Positions 11,430 to 21,418 of a stretch of 64,000 nt of DNA are shown here, piece by piece. Made by a program: the position numbers and the translations under genes. Each line of letters opens with the position of its first letter. Position 1 is the stretch's first letter. The stretch comes from an uncultured Conexibacter sp. (lineage in GTDB: Bacteria; Actinomycetota; Thermoleophilia; Solirubrobacterales; Solirubrobacteraceae): contig CAZGJV010000010.1 in assembly GCA_964525715.1 (NCBI GenBank), forward strand, positions 18,567 through 82,566, in the 5' to 3' direction. The notes beneath the pieces are model-generated. The model was given only the letters and a program-made list of their open reading frames with translations, made no database searches and was not told where the DNA came from.

Positions 11430-12935
11430 TCAGACCGCGACCGGCTCCGGCGGTGCGCTGACCGGCGTGCCGTCGCGCGAGAAGGCGATCGCGTCGTCCT
11501 CGATCGGCCCGCGCCGCAGCAGCAGGATGTCGCGCGCGTAGTTCTGGTGCAGGCGCCACGGCGTGCGGTCGCCCTGCTTGGGCAGCGCGTCGAGCGAGCG
11601 CAGCACGTAGCCGGATCTGAGGTCGAGGAACGGCTGCGTCGGCTGCGACGGATCGGGCCCGCGCGGCGTGACGACGCGGTAGCCGTTGGCGTCCATGTGG
11701 TTCAGCAGCCGGCAGACGTACTCGGCGCAGAGGTCGGCCTTCAGCGTCCACGAAGCGTTCGTGTAGCCGAGCGTGACGGCCATGTTCGGCAGCCCGCTGA
11801 ACATCATGCCCTTGTAGCCGACGGTGTCGGCCATGTCGACCGAGCGTCCGTCGACGCCTATCTCCATGCCGCCCAGCAGCTGCAGGTTCAGGCCGGTGGC
11901 GGTGACGATCACGTCGGCCTCCAGCTCGGCGCCGGAGGCGAGCTTGAGCCCGCTCTCCGTGAACGTCTCGATGCGGTCGGTCACGACCGACGCGTCGCCG
12001 CTCCTGATCGCCTTGAAGAGGTCGGCGTCAGGGACGAGGCAGATGCGCTGGTCCCACGGGTCGTATCTCGGGTTGAAGTGCGTGTCGACGTCGTAGCCGG
12101 GCGGGAGCTGTCTCTCGACGCCTCTGCGCAGCACCTTGCGCATGAAGCGCGGTGCGCGTCTGCTGAGGCCGTACATCGTCGCCTGCAGCGTCACGTTCTT
12201 CCAGCGCACGATCGGATAGGCGACTCTCGGCGGCAGCTTGCTGCGCAGGACGTCGGCGATCGGGTCGCGGCCCGGCAGCGCGACGATGTACGTCGGCGAG
12301 CGCTGCAGCATCGTCACGTGTGCGGCGCCCTGCTCGGCCATCGACGGGACGAGCGTCACCGCCGTGGCACCGGAGCCGATCACGACGACGCGCTTGCCGC
12401 TGTAGTCGAGCTGCTCCGGCCAGTGCTGCGGGTGGACGATCTCGCCTCTGAAGCGGTCGGTGCCCTCGAACTGCGGCGTGTAGCCCTCGGCGTAGTTGTA
12501 GTAGCCGGTGCAGCCGAACAGGAAGCTGCAGGTGAGCTGCTCCGTCTCGCCCGTGTCCGTCCGCTCCACCTCGACCGTCCAGCGCGTGTCGGCGGAGGAC
12601 CAGTCGGCTCGCACGACGCGGCGCTGGTAGCGGATCTTCTGCTCCACCCCGTGCTCGCGCGCCGTCTCGCGTATGTAGCCGAGGATCGACGGGCCGTCGG
12701 CGATCGCCTTCGCCTCCGTCCAGGGCTTGAACGAGTAGCCGAGCGTGAACATGTCGGAGTCGGAGCGGATGCCGGGGTACTGGAAGAGGTCCCACGTCCC
12801 CCCGCTGCGCTCGCGCCCCTCGAGGATCGCGTAGCTCTTTCCGGGGCAGTCCGTCTGGAGGTGCACGGCGGCGCCGATGCCGGAGAGGCCGGCGCCGACG
12901 ATCAGGACGTCGAGGTGCTCGATGGTGGTGGCCAT
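11430..12935 (-). CDS. FAD-dependent Baeyer-Villiger monooxygenase (EthA-like)
   Basis: GAGLSGI, GGTWDLFQYPGIRSDSD, FRGEIVHPQHWP fingerprint, GSGATAVT, PWDQRICLVPD. Start at ATG 12935. Confidence 0.93.
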   Translation of the reverse strand: MATTIEHLDVLIVGAGLSGIGAAVHLQTDCPGKSYAILEGRERSGGTWDLFQYPGIRSDSDMFTLGYSFKPWTEAKAIADGPSILGYIRETAREHGVEQKIRYQRRVVRADWSSADTRWTVEVERTDTGETEQLTCSFLFGCTGYYNYAEGYTPQFEGTDRFRGEIVHPQHWPEQLDYSGKRVVVIGSGATAVTLVPSMAEQGAAHVTMLQRSPTYIVALPGRDPIADVLRSKLPPRVAYPIVRWKNVTLQATMYGLSRRAPRFMRKVLRRGVERQLPPGYDVDTHFNPRYDPWDQRICLVPDADLFKAIRSGDASVVTDRIETFTESGLKLASGAELEADVIVTATGLNLQLLGGMEIGVDGRSVDMADTVGYKGMMFSGLPNMAVTLGYTNASWTLKADLCAEYVCRLLNHMDANGYRVVTPRGPDPSQPTQPFLDLRSGYVLRSLDALPKQGDRTPWRLHQNYARDILLLRRGPIEDDAIAFSRDGTPVSAPPEPVAV

Positions 12936-13092
12936 GCCTTGAACGATAGTCAAACCACGAGCCGCGCGCGCTGGAGGACTACGGAGGACCGACCGCGGTG
13001 CCCCTGATGCCCTACCGGATGCACGGTGGGACGGTGCTCGGAGACGTCGGCGAACCCCACCCCACACCGTCCCGGCCCGAGAGGAGAGCCAG

Positions 13093-14631
<1,539 letters not shown>

Positions 14632-14636
14632 ACCCT

Positions 14637-15002
14637 TTGATCGCACGCGTCCCCGCACGTGTGACCGCGACCCCGGAGGCGCTCGCCGTGATCGAGCGCC
14701 TCCGGGTGGCGCACGGACCGCTCGCCTTCTTCCAGTCGGGCGGCTGCTGCGACGGCACCGTGCCGATGTGCTTCGGCGAGGGCGACATGCCGCCGAGCGC
14801 GCACGACGTCAAGCTCGGCGAGATCGGCGGCGCGCCGTTCTACATCGACGGCGAGCAGGACGAGCGCTGGGGTCAGCCGACGTTCACGATCGACGTCGCG
14901 GACGGCCCGGCGGAGAGCTTCTCGCTCGAGGGGCTGGAGGGCGTGCACTTCGTGACGCGCACGGAGGCGCCGCTCAGCTGCGAGACGGAGCCGGCGGCGT
15001 AG
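14637..15002 (+). CDS. DUF779 family protein
   Basis: HGPLAFFQSGGCCDG..PMC and FSLEG..GVHF; typical partner downstream of this ALDH family. Start is TTG 14637 or GTG 14661. Confidence 0.85.
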   Translation: MIARVPARVTATPEALAVIERLRVAHGPLAFFQSGGCCDGTVPMCFGEGDMPPSAHDVKLGEIGGAPFYIDGEQDERWGQPTFTIDVADGPAESFSLEGLEGVHFVTRTEAPLSCETEPAA

Positions 15003-15918
15003 CCGCGGCAGCGCGGGCGCGCTCGGCGCCGGCGACGTGATCCACCACCGCGCCGACGAGCTGCGGCCACAGGCGCTCGGGCAGGCCATGGCCCATCTGC
15101 GGGATCAGCAGCAGGCGCGCGTTCGGGATCGCCTTCGCGGTCGCCTTGCCGCCCGACGCCGGGATCAGCGGATCCTGCTCGCCGTGGATCACGAGCGTCG
15201 GCGCGGTGATCGTCTGCAGTCTGCGCGTGCGGTTGCCGGAGGCGAGGATCGCCGCGAGCTGGCGGGCGGTGCCGCGCGGGTCGGGATCGCGCGCATAGGA
15301 GTCCTCCACGAGCGCGCGCCCCTCCGGCGTGTCGAGCACGTCGCCGGGCGCGCCGATCGCGGTCAGCAGCGCGAGCATGTGCGCGACGTACGTGTCGCGC
15401 TCGCGCGGCGCCGGCTTGAGCAGCAGCGGGTAGATGTTCGGCCGCGGCTGGCCGACGCGGCGGCTGCCGGTAGTCGACATGATCGACGTGAGCGAGCGCA
15501 CGCGTCTCGGTCGTGTGGCGGCGACCGTCTGGGCGATCATCCCGCCCATCGAGACGCCGACGAGGTGGACCGAGTCGAGCTCCAGCGCGTCGAGCAGGCC
15601 GACGGTGTCGAGCGCCATGTCGTCGAGCGTGTACTGGTCCGCGCCGAAGCGCCGCGTGAACAGTCTGGGCGGCGTCGGCGGCGGGAACGCCATGTGCGTC
15701 GAGCGCCCGCGGTCGCGGTTGTCGAAGCGCACCACGTAGTGGCCGCGCTCAACGAGCTGCGCGACCAGCGGCAGCGGCCAGTGGACCATCTGCATCCCGA
15801 GGCCCATGATCAGCAGCACCGGCGGATCGGCCGGATCGCCGAACGTCTCGCAGCACAGCTCGATGCCCCGGCCGACGTCGAGGAGCCGCTCACCCTCGTT
15901 GGATGCGATGGCGCTCAT
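14974..15918 (-). CDS. Alpha/beta hydrolase
   Basis: LLIMGLG, RFDNRDRG, nucleophile elbow GVSMGG, HGEQDPL, MGH. Confidence 0.92.
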   Translation of the reverse strand: MSAIASNEGERLLDVGRGIELCCETFGDPADPPVLLIMGLGMQMVHWPLPLVAQLVERGHYVVRFDNRDRGRSTHMAFPPPTPPRLFTRRFGADQYTLDDMALDTVGLLDALELDSVHLVGVSMGGMIAQTVAATRPRRVRSLTSIMSTTGSRRVGQPRPNIYPLLLKPAPRERDTYVAHMLALLTAIGAPGDVLDTPEGRALVEDSYARDPDPRGTARQLAAILASGNRTRRLQTITAPTLVIHGEQDPLIPASGGKATAKAIPNARLLLIPQMGHGLPERLWPQLVGAVVDHVAGAERARAAAATPPAPSRS

Positions 15919-15956
15919 GGATCAGACGATAGACGGCGCGATGCCCGCATCCGCCG

Positions 15957-16286
15957 CTACCGCACCTTGCTCCCGCTCGGGACCTGGGTCTCCGGCTGGA
16001 GCAGGACCGGCCGGCCGTCGCGATCGGCCGCGATGATCATGCCCTGGCTCTCGCAGCCGCGAATCACCCGCGGGTCGACGTTGAGCAGCACCGGCATCTG
16101 CCTGCCGCGCAGCGCGTCCGGATCGTCGAAGAACGGGGCCATCGCCGCCACGACCTGGCGCTGCTCGCCCGCGCCGACGTCGAACGTGAACCTGAGCAGC
16201 CGCTCGGCGCCCGCGACGCGCTCGACGCTCGTCACCGTTGCGATGCGGATGTCGAGCCGCGCGAAGTCCTCCCAGGTCACGTTCAT
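15957..16286 (-). CDS. tRNA-binding OB-fold protein (Trbp111/CsaA/MetRS C-terminal domain family)
   Basis: TWEDFARLDIRIATV, RQVVA, LLNVDPRVIRGCESQGMIIAA, GSKVR match the tRNA_bind domain. Confidence 0.9.
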   Translation of the reverse strand: MNVTWEDFARLDIRIATVTSVERVAGAERLLRFTFDVGAGEQRQVVAAMAPFFDDPDALRGRQMPVLLNVDPRVIRGCESQGMIIAADRDGRPVLLQPETQVPSGSKVR

Positions 16287-16295
16287 CGGCCGACG

Positions 16296-17834
16296 CTACC
16301 GCTGCCTACCCGCGATTGCACGCGCCAGCCGCGGCAGCGCCGCGCGATCCAGCTTGCCCGACGACGTGTGCGGCAGCTCCGGCACGAGCATCAGCCGCTG
16401 CGGCACCATGTAGGGCGCAAGCGCCGCGGCGGCGGCCGCGCGCACGGCCCGAACGACGGACGCCTCCTCCTGCCCCGGGCCCGGCACGAGCAGCGCCACG
16501 AGGAAGCCGTCGCCCCCCTCGGTCCGTGCGACGGTGACGGCGGCCGCGCTCACCTCGCGACACGCGCCCACGACGGCTTCGATCTCGCCGAGCTCGATGC
16601 GGTAGCCGCGCAGCTTCACCTGGTCGTCGTTGCGACCGACGTAGTCCAGCTCGCCGCCCGGCAGCACGCGTGCGAGGTCGCCGGTCCGGTACCAGCGCCG
16701 CGCGCCTCCGCCGACCGCGAGCTCGCGGAAGCGCTCCCGCGTCAACTCCGGCCGGTTGAGGTAGCCCTGCGCGACCCCGGCGCCGGCCACCCACATCTCC
16801 CCCACCTGCCCGTCCGCCACCGGCGAGAGACCGTCGTCCAGGACGGCCACCTCCAGATGCGGCAGCGCCCGGCCGATCGGCGACCGCGCAGCGTCGTCCG
16901 TCAGCTCCCCGAGCGGCTTCCAGGTGACGTGGACGGTCGTCTCGGTGATGCCGTACATGTTGACGAACGCCGGCGTCGAGCCGGCGGCGGCCGCGCGCTC
17001 GCGGAAGCGCCGCACGAGGCTCAGGTCGACGCCCTCGCCGCCGAAGATGACGTATCGCAGGGCGAGCGCGGGCGCCTCCTGCTCGTAGGCGCCGACCAGG
17101 CTCCGGAACGCCGACGGGATCTGGTTGAGCACGGTCACCGCGCGATCGGCCAGCAGCGCGAGCAGCTCGTCGGGGAGGCGCACGACGTCGGGCGCCACCA
17201 CCACGCAGCTGCCTCCGGTGGCGAGCGCCCCCCACAGCTCCCACACCGAGAAGTCGAACGCGTGGGAGTGGCAGAGCGTCCACACGTCCGCCGGCCCGAA
17301 CGCGAACAGCGGCAGCGCGTTGCGCAGCAGCGCGACGACGTTGGCGTGGCTGACCAGGACGCCCTTCGGCACACCGCTCGAGCCGGACGTGTAGATCACG
17401 TACGCGGGCGCGTCCGCTGCGACCTCCGGCAGCTCCCCCCGGGCGGCCGGGAGCGCGCCGGCGAGGCGCACGACCCCCACGCCCTCGGGGAGCAGGTGAT
17501 CGGCCGTGCCGTCGGAGACCACCTGGCCGATCTCGGCGTCGCCCAGGACGTGCTCGACCCGCGCGCGCGGGTGGGCCGGATCGAGCGGGACGTACGTCGC
17601 CGCCGCACGCATCGCGCCGAGGCTCGCAACCGCGACGTCGACGGTCCGGTCGAGCAGCAGTCCGACGCGGTGGCCCGGCCCGACGCCCGCCGCGATCAGC
17701 GTCAGAGCGAGGCGGCGGCTGGCGCGCTCCAGCTCCCGATAGGTGAGCGCGCGCTCCGCGTCGCGGACCGCGACCCGCTCGCCGTGCTCGGCGACCGACC
17801 GCAGGAACAGCTCGCAGAGGCTCTCCGGCCTCAT
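16296..17834 (-). CDS. Stand-alone NRPS adenylation domain (no carrier domain), predicted L-Thr
   Basis: A-domain cores YTSGSSGVPKG, FDFSVWE, NMYGITETTVH, YRTGD, QVKLRGYRIELGEIE, SGKLDR; the protein ends right after A10. Extracted code DFWNIGMVHK is the canonical Thr code. Confidence 0.9.
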   Translation of the reverse strand: MRPESLCELFLRSVAEHGERVAVRDAERALTYRELERASRRLALTLIAAGVGPGHRVGLLLDRTVDVAVASLGAMRAAATYVPLDPAHPRARVEHVLGDAEIGQVVSDGTADHLLPEGVGVVRLAGALPAARGELPEVAADAPAYVIYTSGSSGVPKGVLVSHANVVALLRNALPLFAFGPADVWTLCHSHAFDFSVWELWGALATGGSCVVVAPDVVRLPDELLALLADRAVTVLNQIPSAFRSLVGAYEQEAPALALRYVIFGGEGVDLSLVRRFRERAAAAGSTPAFVNMYGITETTVHVTWKPLGELTDDAARSPIGRALPHLEVAVLDDGLSPVADGQVGEMWVAGAGVAQGYLNRPELTRERFRELAVGGGARRWYRTGDLARVLPGGELDYVGRNDDQVKLRGYRIELGEIEAVVGACREVSAAAVTVARTEGGDGFLVALLVPGPGQEEASVVRAVRAAAAAALAPYMVPQRLMLVPELPHTSSGKLDRAALPRLARAIAGRQR

Positions 17835-17868
17835 CAGGCGCAGACGACGGACGTTCGCGCGCCGGCCC

Positions 17869-19368
17869 TCATGCGCCCTTCAGCTCGAGCTCCCGCCGGG
17901 CGCGCCGGGTGCCGATCCCGCCCGGGACGTTCGTCCGGCCGAGCGGCGAGTAGTCGTGCCGGTCGATCGGATCCTGCTTCGGATTGGCGATCGACTCGTT
18001 GCGGCGGCCGACCGTCTGCTTGACCTCGTCGCTCACGAACTGGAGCGCCATGCCATCGACGAACACGCTCCCGTCGTCTGACGGCGCGATCGTGCGCTCG
18101 CCCACGTTCAGCACGCCGAGGTCGCCGAGCCGCCCGAGCTGCTCGGAGAACCGCTCCAGCGGATCGACGCCGAAGCGGGCCGCGAACGCGGCCCGATCGA
18201 TCCCCTTCGACCGCAGCCCGAACATCATCGCGCGGCGCATCCGCTCGTCGTCGCTCAGCGTCGCCGCACGCCAGATCGGCTGCTCGCCGCGCTCGACCGC
18301 GTCGATGTACGGCGTCAGCCGGCACTCGTTGTAGAACTGCGTGCCGCCGACGTAGCCGAAGCCGCTCACGCCGAACGGCAGCAGGTTCGTGTCCTCGATG
18401 TCGTCGAACTTGCTCTCCTGCTGGCGCGAGTGTGTGGCGGTCTTCGCGTAGTACAGGACGGGGCCGCGCTGGAAGCCCTCGGCGTGCAGGATCGCCTCGG
18501 CCATCAGGTGCATGAGCAGGCGATCCTCCTCGCTGGGGAACAGCTCCGGCGACTTCGAGAACAGGTGCGTCACCGGGTCGGAGTGCTTGAACATCAGCGG
18601 GAAGACGTTGAACTTGCGCAGTCCCGCGTCGAGCAGCACCGCGATCGTCGCGTACCAGTTCTCGAGCGTCTGATGCGGGAGCCCGTAGATCAGGTCGACG
18701 TTGACGTTGTCGATCCCGCGCTCGCCGAGGATGTCGAGCATCGCGAAGACCTCGCCGCGCCCGTGGCCGCGATTGATCGTCGCGAGCACCTGCTCGTCCA
18801 TCGACTGCACGCCGAAGACGAAGCGGTTCGCTCCCCGCTCCCGCACTGCGTCGATGCGCTCGCCGTAGTCCGCGTGCCGCACGAGGCCGGGGTGCAGCTC
18901 GAACGTGACCTCCGCCGCGTCGTCCAGCTCGACGTGCTGCCAGAGCTGGTCGAACAGCGCCGCCAGCTCCTGCGGCTCGAGGTAGGAGGGCGTTCCACCG
19001 CCGAAGTAGGCCGAGTGCGCGCGGCGCGGGCCGCCGACGCGCTCGGTCGTCATGGCGATGTCGCGGTGCAGCGCGTCGAGGTAGCGCGTCACGCGCGAGG
19101 CCTGCGGCCGGATCTCCTTGGCGAAGTGGCAGAACGTGCACTGCTGCTCGCAGAACGGCAGGTGGACGTAGATGTTGCAGTTGGCGCTGGCCCCGGCCAG
19201 CACCTGCGACGGATCGGCCGGGCCCATCGCCTTGAGCGGCGGGTAGGTGCCGACGAGGTAGTACTCCAGCGGCCGCAGGTAGACGCCGGCACGTCGGAGC
19301 CCGTCCAGATCGATGTGAGCGGCCCGCTCGCGTGCCGCCTCGATCGCTTGATCGAACGTGAGTCTCAC
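17869..19368 (-). CDS. HemN-like (class C) radical SAM enzyme
   Basis: YVHLPFCEQQCTFC (CxxxCxxC), YFGGGTPS, FGVQS, NVDLIYGLPHQT and a HemN-type C-terminal domain. Confidence 0.9.
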   Translation of the reverse strand: MRLTFDQAIEAARERAAHIDLDGLRRAGVYLRPLEYYLVGTYPPLKAMGPADPSQVLAGASANCNIYVHLPFCEQQCTFCHFAKEIRPQASRVTRYLDALHRDIAMTTERVGGPRRAHSAYFGGGTPSYLEPQELAALFDQLWQHVELDDAAEVTFELHPGLVRHADYGERIDAVRERGANRFVFGVQSMDEQVLATINRGHGRGEVFAMLDILGERGIDNVNVDLIYGLPHQTLENWYATIAVLLDAGLRKFNVFPLMFKHSDPVTHLFSKSPELFPSEEDRLLMHLMAEAILHAEGFQRGPVLYYAKTATHSRQQESKFDDIEDTNLLPFGVSGFGYVGGTQFYNECRLTPYIDAVERGEQPIWRAATLSDDERMRRAMMFGLRSKGIDRAAFAARFGVDPLERFSEQLGRLGDLGVLNVGERTIAPSDDGSVFVDGMALQFVSDEVKQTVGRRNESIANPKQDPIDRHDYSPLGRTNVPGGIGTRRARRELELKGA

Positions 19369-19428
19369 CTCGTGCGGAACCTACCAGTTTCCGCACGCTA
19401 TTGTATTCTTTTGTATACGATAGTACGC
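19369..19428. promoter_or_regulatory. Divergent promoter region between the radical SAM gene and the glutamate mutase operon
   Basis: 60-nt AT-rich gap; TACGAT 7 nt before ATG 19429; tandem TTGTAT repeats (ttgtattcttttgtatac). Confidence 0.6.
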
Positions 19429-19968
19429 ATGGATGCGGTGTCGGAGCGTCCCAGGACCGCGCCGACGGACACGGCGGAGTCCGTCACCGCGCTCGCCGCG
19501 CTCGCGTCGCAGATCGCGCACGCGAGCTTGAGCGTGCTGATCGGCGTCCCGGGCGACGACGTCCACGTCGTCGCCAACAAGCTCGCCGAGACGATCCTCG
19601 CGTCGGTCGGCTACGCGGTCACGAACCTGGGCGTGCTGGTGCCGGCGGCCGAGCTGGTCGCGGCCGCCCGCGACCTGCGCCCGTCCGCGATCCTGCTGTC
19701 GTCGCTGAACGGGCACGCGCTGCTCAACTGCGGTTCCGTTCCACGGCTGCTGGCCGAGGCCGGCGAGGAGGTCCCCGTCTACGTAGGCGGCAACCTGTGC
19801 GTCGGTCGCACGGATTGGCCCCTGGTGCTGCGCCGCTTCGCGGGCCTCGGGTTCGCCCGCGTCTTCCCGCCGAGAACCGACCTGCTCGCAGGCGTCGCCG
19901 AGATCTCGCGCGAGCTGCTCCAGCCGCGAGTCGTCCACGCGATCCGTCGCAGCGGTGCGCCGGCGTGA
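19429..19968 (+). CDS. Glutamate (methylaspartate) mutase S/sigma subunit, cobalamin-binding
   Basis: B12-binding motif D-x-H (GDDVHVVANK), NLGV, SSLNGH, YVGGNL, GFARVF; translationally coupled to the E subunit. Confidence 0.9.
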   Translation: MDAVSERPRTAPTDTAESVTALAALASQIAHASLSVLIGVPGDDVHVVANKLAETILASVGYAVTNLGVLVPAAELVAAARDLRPSAILLSSLNGHALLNCGSVPRLLAEAGEEVPVYVGGNLCVGRTDWPLVLRRFAGLGFARVFPPRTDLLAGVAEISRELLQPRVVHAIRRSGAPA

Positions 19969-21410
19969 TCGCGCCCGACGCCTTCCTCGCCGCGCGCGCC
20001 CGCGTCCTGCAAAGCCATCCGAGCGGAGCGGAGGTCGACTTCGACGGCGGCGTGCGAACGCAGCGGTCGCTCGGCCCGCGGCAGCGCTTCCACCGGCTCA
20101 CCGCAGGGGCGCTGCGAAGCGGCGAGATGCTGTTGCAGCCGCGCGCGGGAGTCGCGACGATCGCCGGCCAGTCGGAGCTGCTGGGCCGCCTCGCCGGCGA
20201 GGGTGGAGCCGACGTCCTGCCGCTGACGATCGACAGCTTCACGCGACAGCTCGACTTCGCGCACGCGGACGCGCTGTGGCGCGAGGCCGAGGCGACCGCG
20301 ACCCCCGGGCTGCTCAACGGCTTCCCCGCGATCAGCGCGGGCGTGGCAGGATGCAACGCGGTCGTGCGCGCGTGCGACCGCGCGCTGCAGGTCCGCCACG
20401 GCGCGCCGGACGCGCGCCTGCTCGCGGAGGTCACGCTGGCCGCGGGCTGCAGCGCATTCGAGGGAGGCGGCATCACGTACTGCATCCCCTACTCGAAGAC
20501 CACGCCGCTCGAGCAGTCGCTGCGCTGGTGGGCGTACGTCGACCGGCTGTGCGGCCTCTACGCCGCGCACGGGGTCGTCGTCGAGCGCGAGGCGTTCGGC
20601 GCGCTCACCGGCATCATGATCCCGCCGTCGATCGCCGTCGCCTGCTCCGTGCTCGAGCTGCTGCTCGCGGCCGAGCAGGGCGTCGCGGCGTTCGCGCTCG
20701 GCATCGGCCAGGGCGGCGACCTGGTGCAGGACGCAGCCGCGATCAGGGCGCTCGACGTGGTCGGGCGCGCGTACCTGCGGCGCCACCGGCCGGCACATCG
20801 CGTACAGGTCAGCACGGTCTTCTACCAGTGGATGGGGCCGTTTCCGCGTGACGAGGCGGCCGCCGCGGCGATCATCGCGCTCGGCGCCGCCGCTGCCGTG
20901 GCGGGCGGCGCGACGCGCATGATCACGAAGTCCTGCGAGGAGGCGCACGGCGTGCCGGGAGCGGACAGCAACGCCGCCGGGCTGCGGCTCAGCCGCGCGA
21001 TGGCCTCGGCGCTGGCAGCGCATGCGTTCGCCGACCCGTCGCTGATCCGCGAGGAGCAGCACTGGATCGAGCGCGAGAGCCGCTGCCTGCTCGACAACGT
21101 GCTGCGGCTGTCCGAGAGCGGGTCGCTCGCCGACGGGATCTGCACCGCCTTCGACCGCGGCCAGCTCGACGTGCCGTTCGCTCCAAGCCTGGCGGTGCGC
21201 GGATCGGTCTGGACTCAGCGCGACGCGCGGCGCGCGATCCGCTACCGGGAGGTCGGACACCTCCCGTTCGACCGGGAGCTGCGCCAGCGCAACGATCGCG
21301 AGCTGGACCGACGGCGCGAGCGGGACGGGGACGTCGGAGCGACGCTGCGCGCGCTGGCCGGCGCGGTCGACGACATCTTCCCGATCCAGCCGTCGCGGTC
21401 TGCCGCGTAG
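19965..21410 (+). CDS. Glutamate (methylaspartate) mutase E/epsilon subunit
   Basis: QPRAGV, LPLTIDSFTR, LLNGFP, QVRHGAPDARLLAE, FEGGGITYCIPYSK, EREAFGALTG, QWMGPFP. GTG overlaps the S-subunit stop. Confidence 0.92.
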   Translation: MIAPDAFLAARARVLQSHPSGAEVDFDGGVRTQRSLGPRQRFHRLTAGALRSGEMLLQPRAGVATIAGQSELLGRLAGEGGADVLPLTIDSFTRQLDFAHADALWREAEATATPGLLNGFPAISAGVAGCNAVVRACDRALQVRHGAPDARLLAEVTLAAGCSAFEGGGITYCIPYSKTTPLEQSLRWWAYVDRLCGLYAAHGVVVEREAFGALTGIMIPPSIAVACSVLELLLAAEQGVAAFALGIGQGGDLVQDAAAIRALDVVGRAYLRRHRPAHRVQVSTVFYQWMGPFPRDEAAAAAIIALGAAAAVAGGATRMITKSCEEAHGVPGADSNAAGLRLSRAMASALAAHAFADPSLIREEQHWIERESRCLLDNVLRLSESGSLADGICTAFDRGQLDVPFAPSLAVRGSVWTQRDARRAIRYREVGHLPFDRELRQRNDRELDRRRERDGDVGATLRALAGAVDDIFPIQPSRSAA

Positions 21411-21418
21411 GACGGGGC

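Noticed and set aside
17869..19368. Calling the radical SAM gene hemN (heme biosynthesis)
   Set aside because: It lies inside the NRPS cluster with no heme-pathway context; only family membership is supported.
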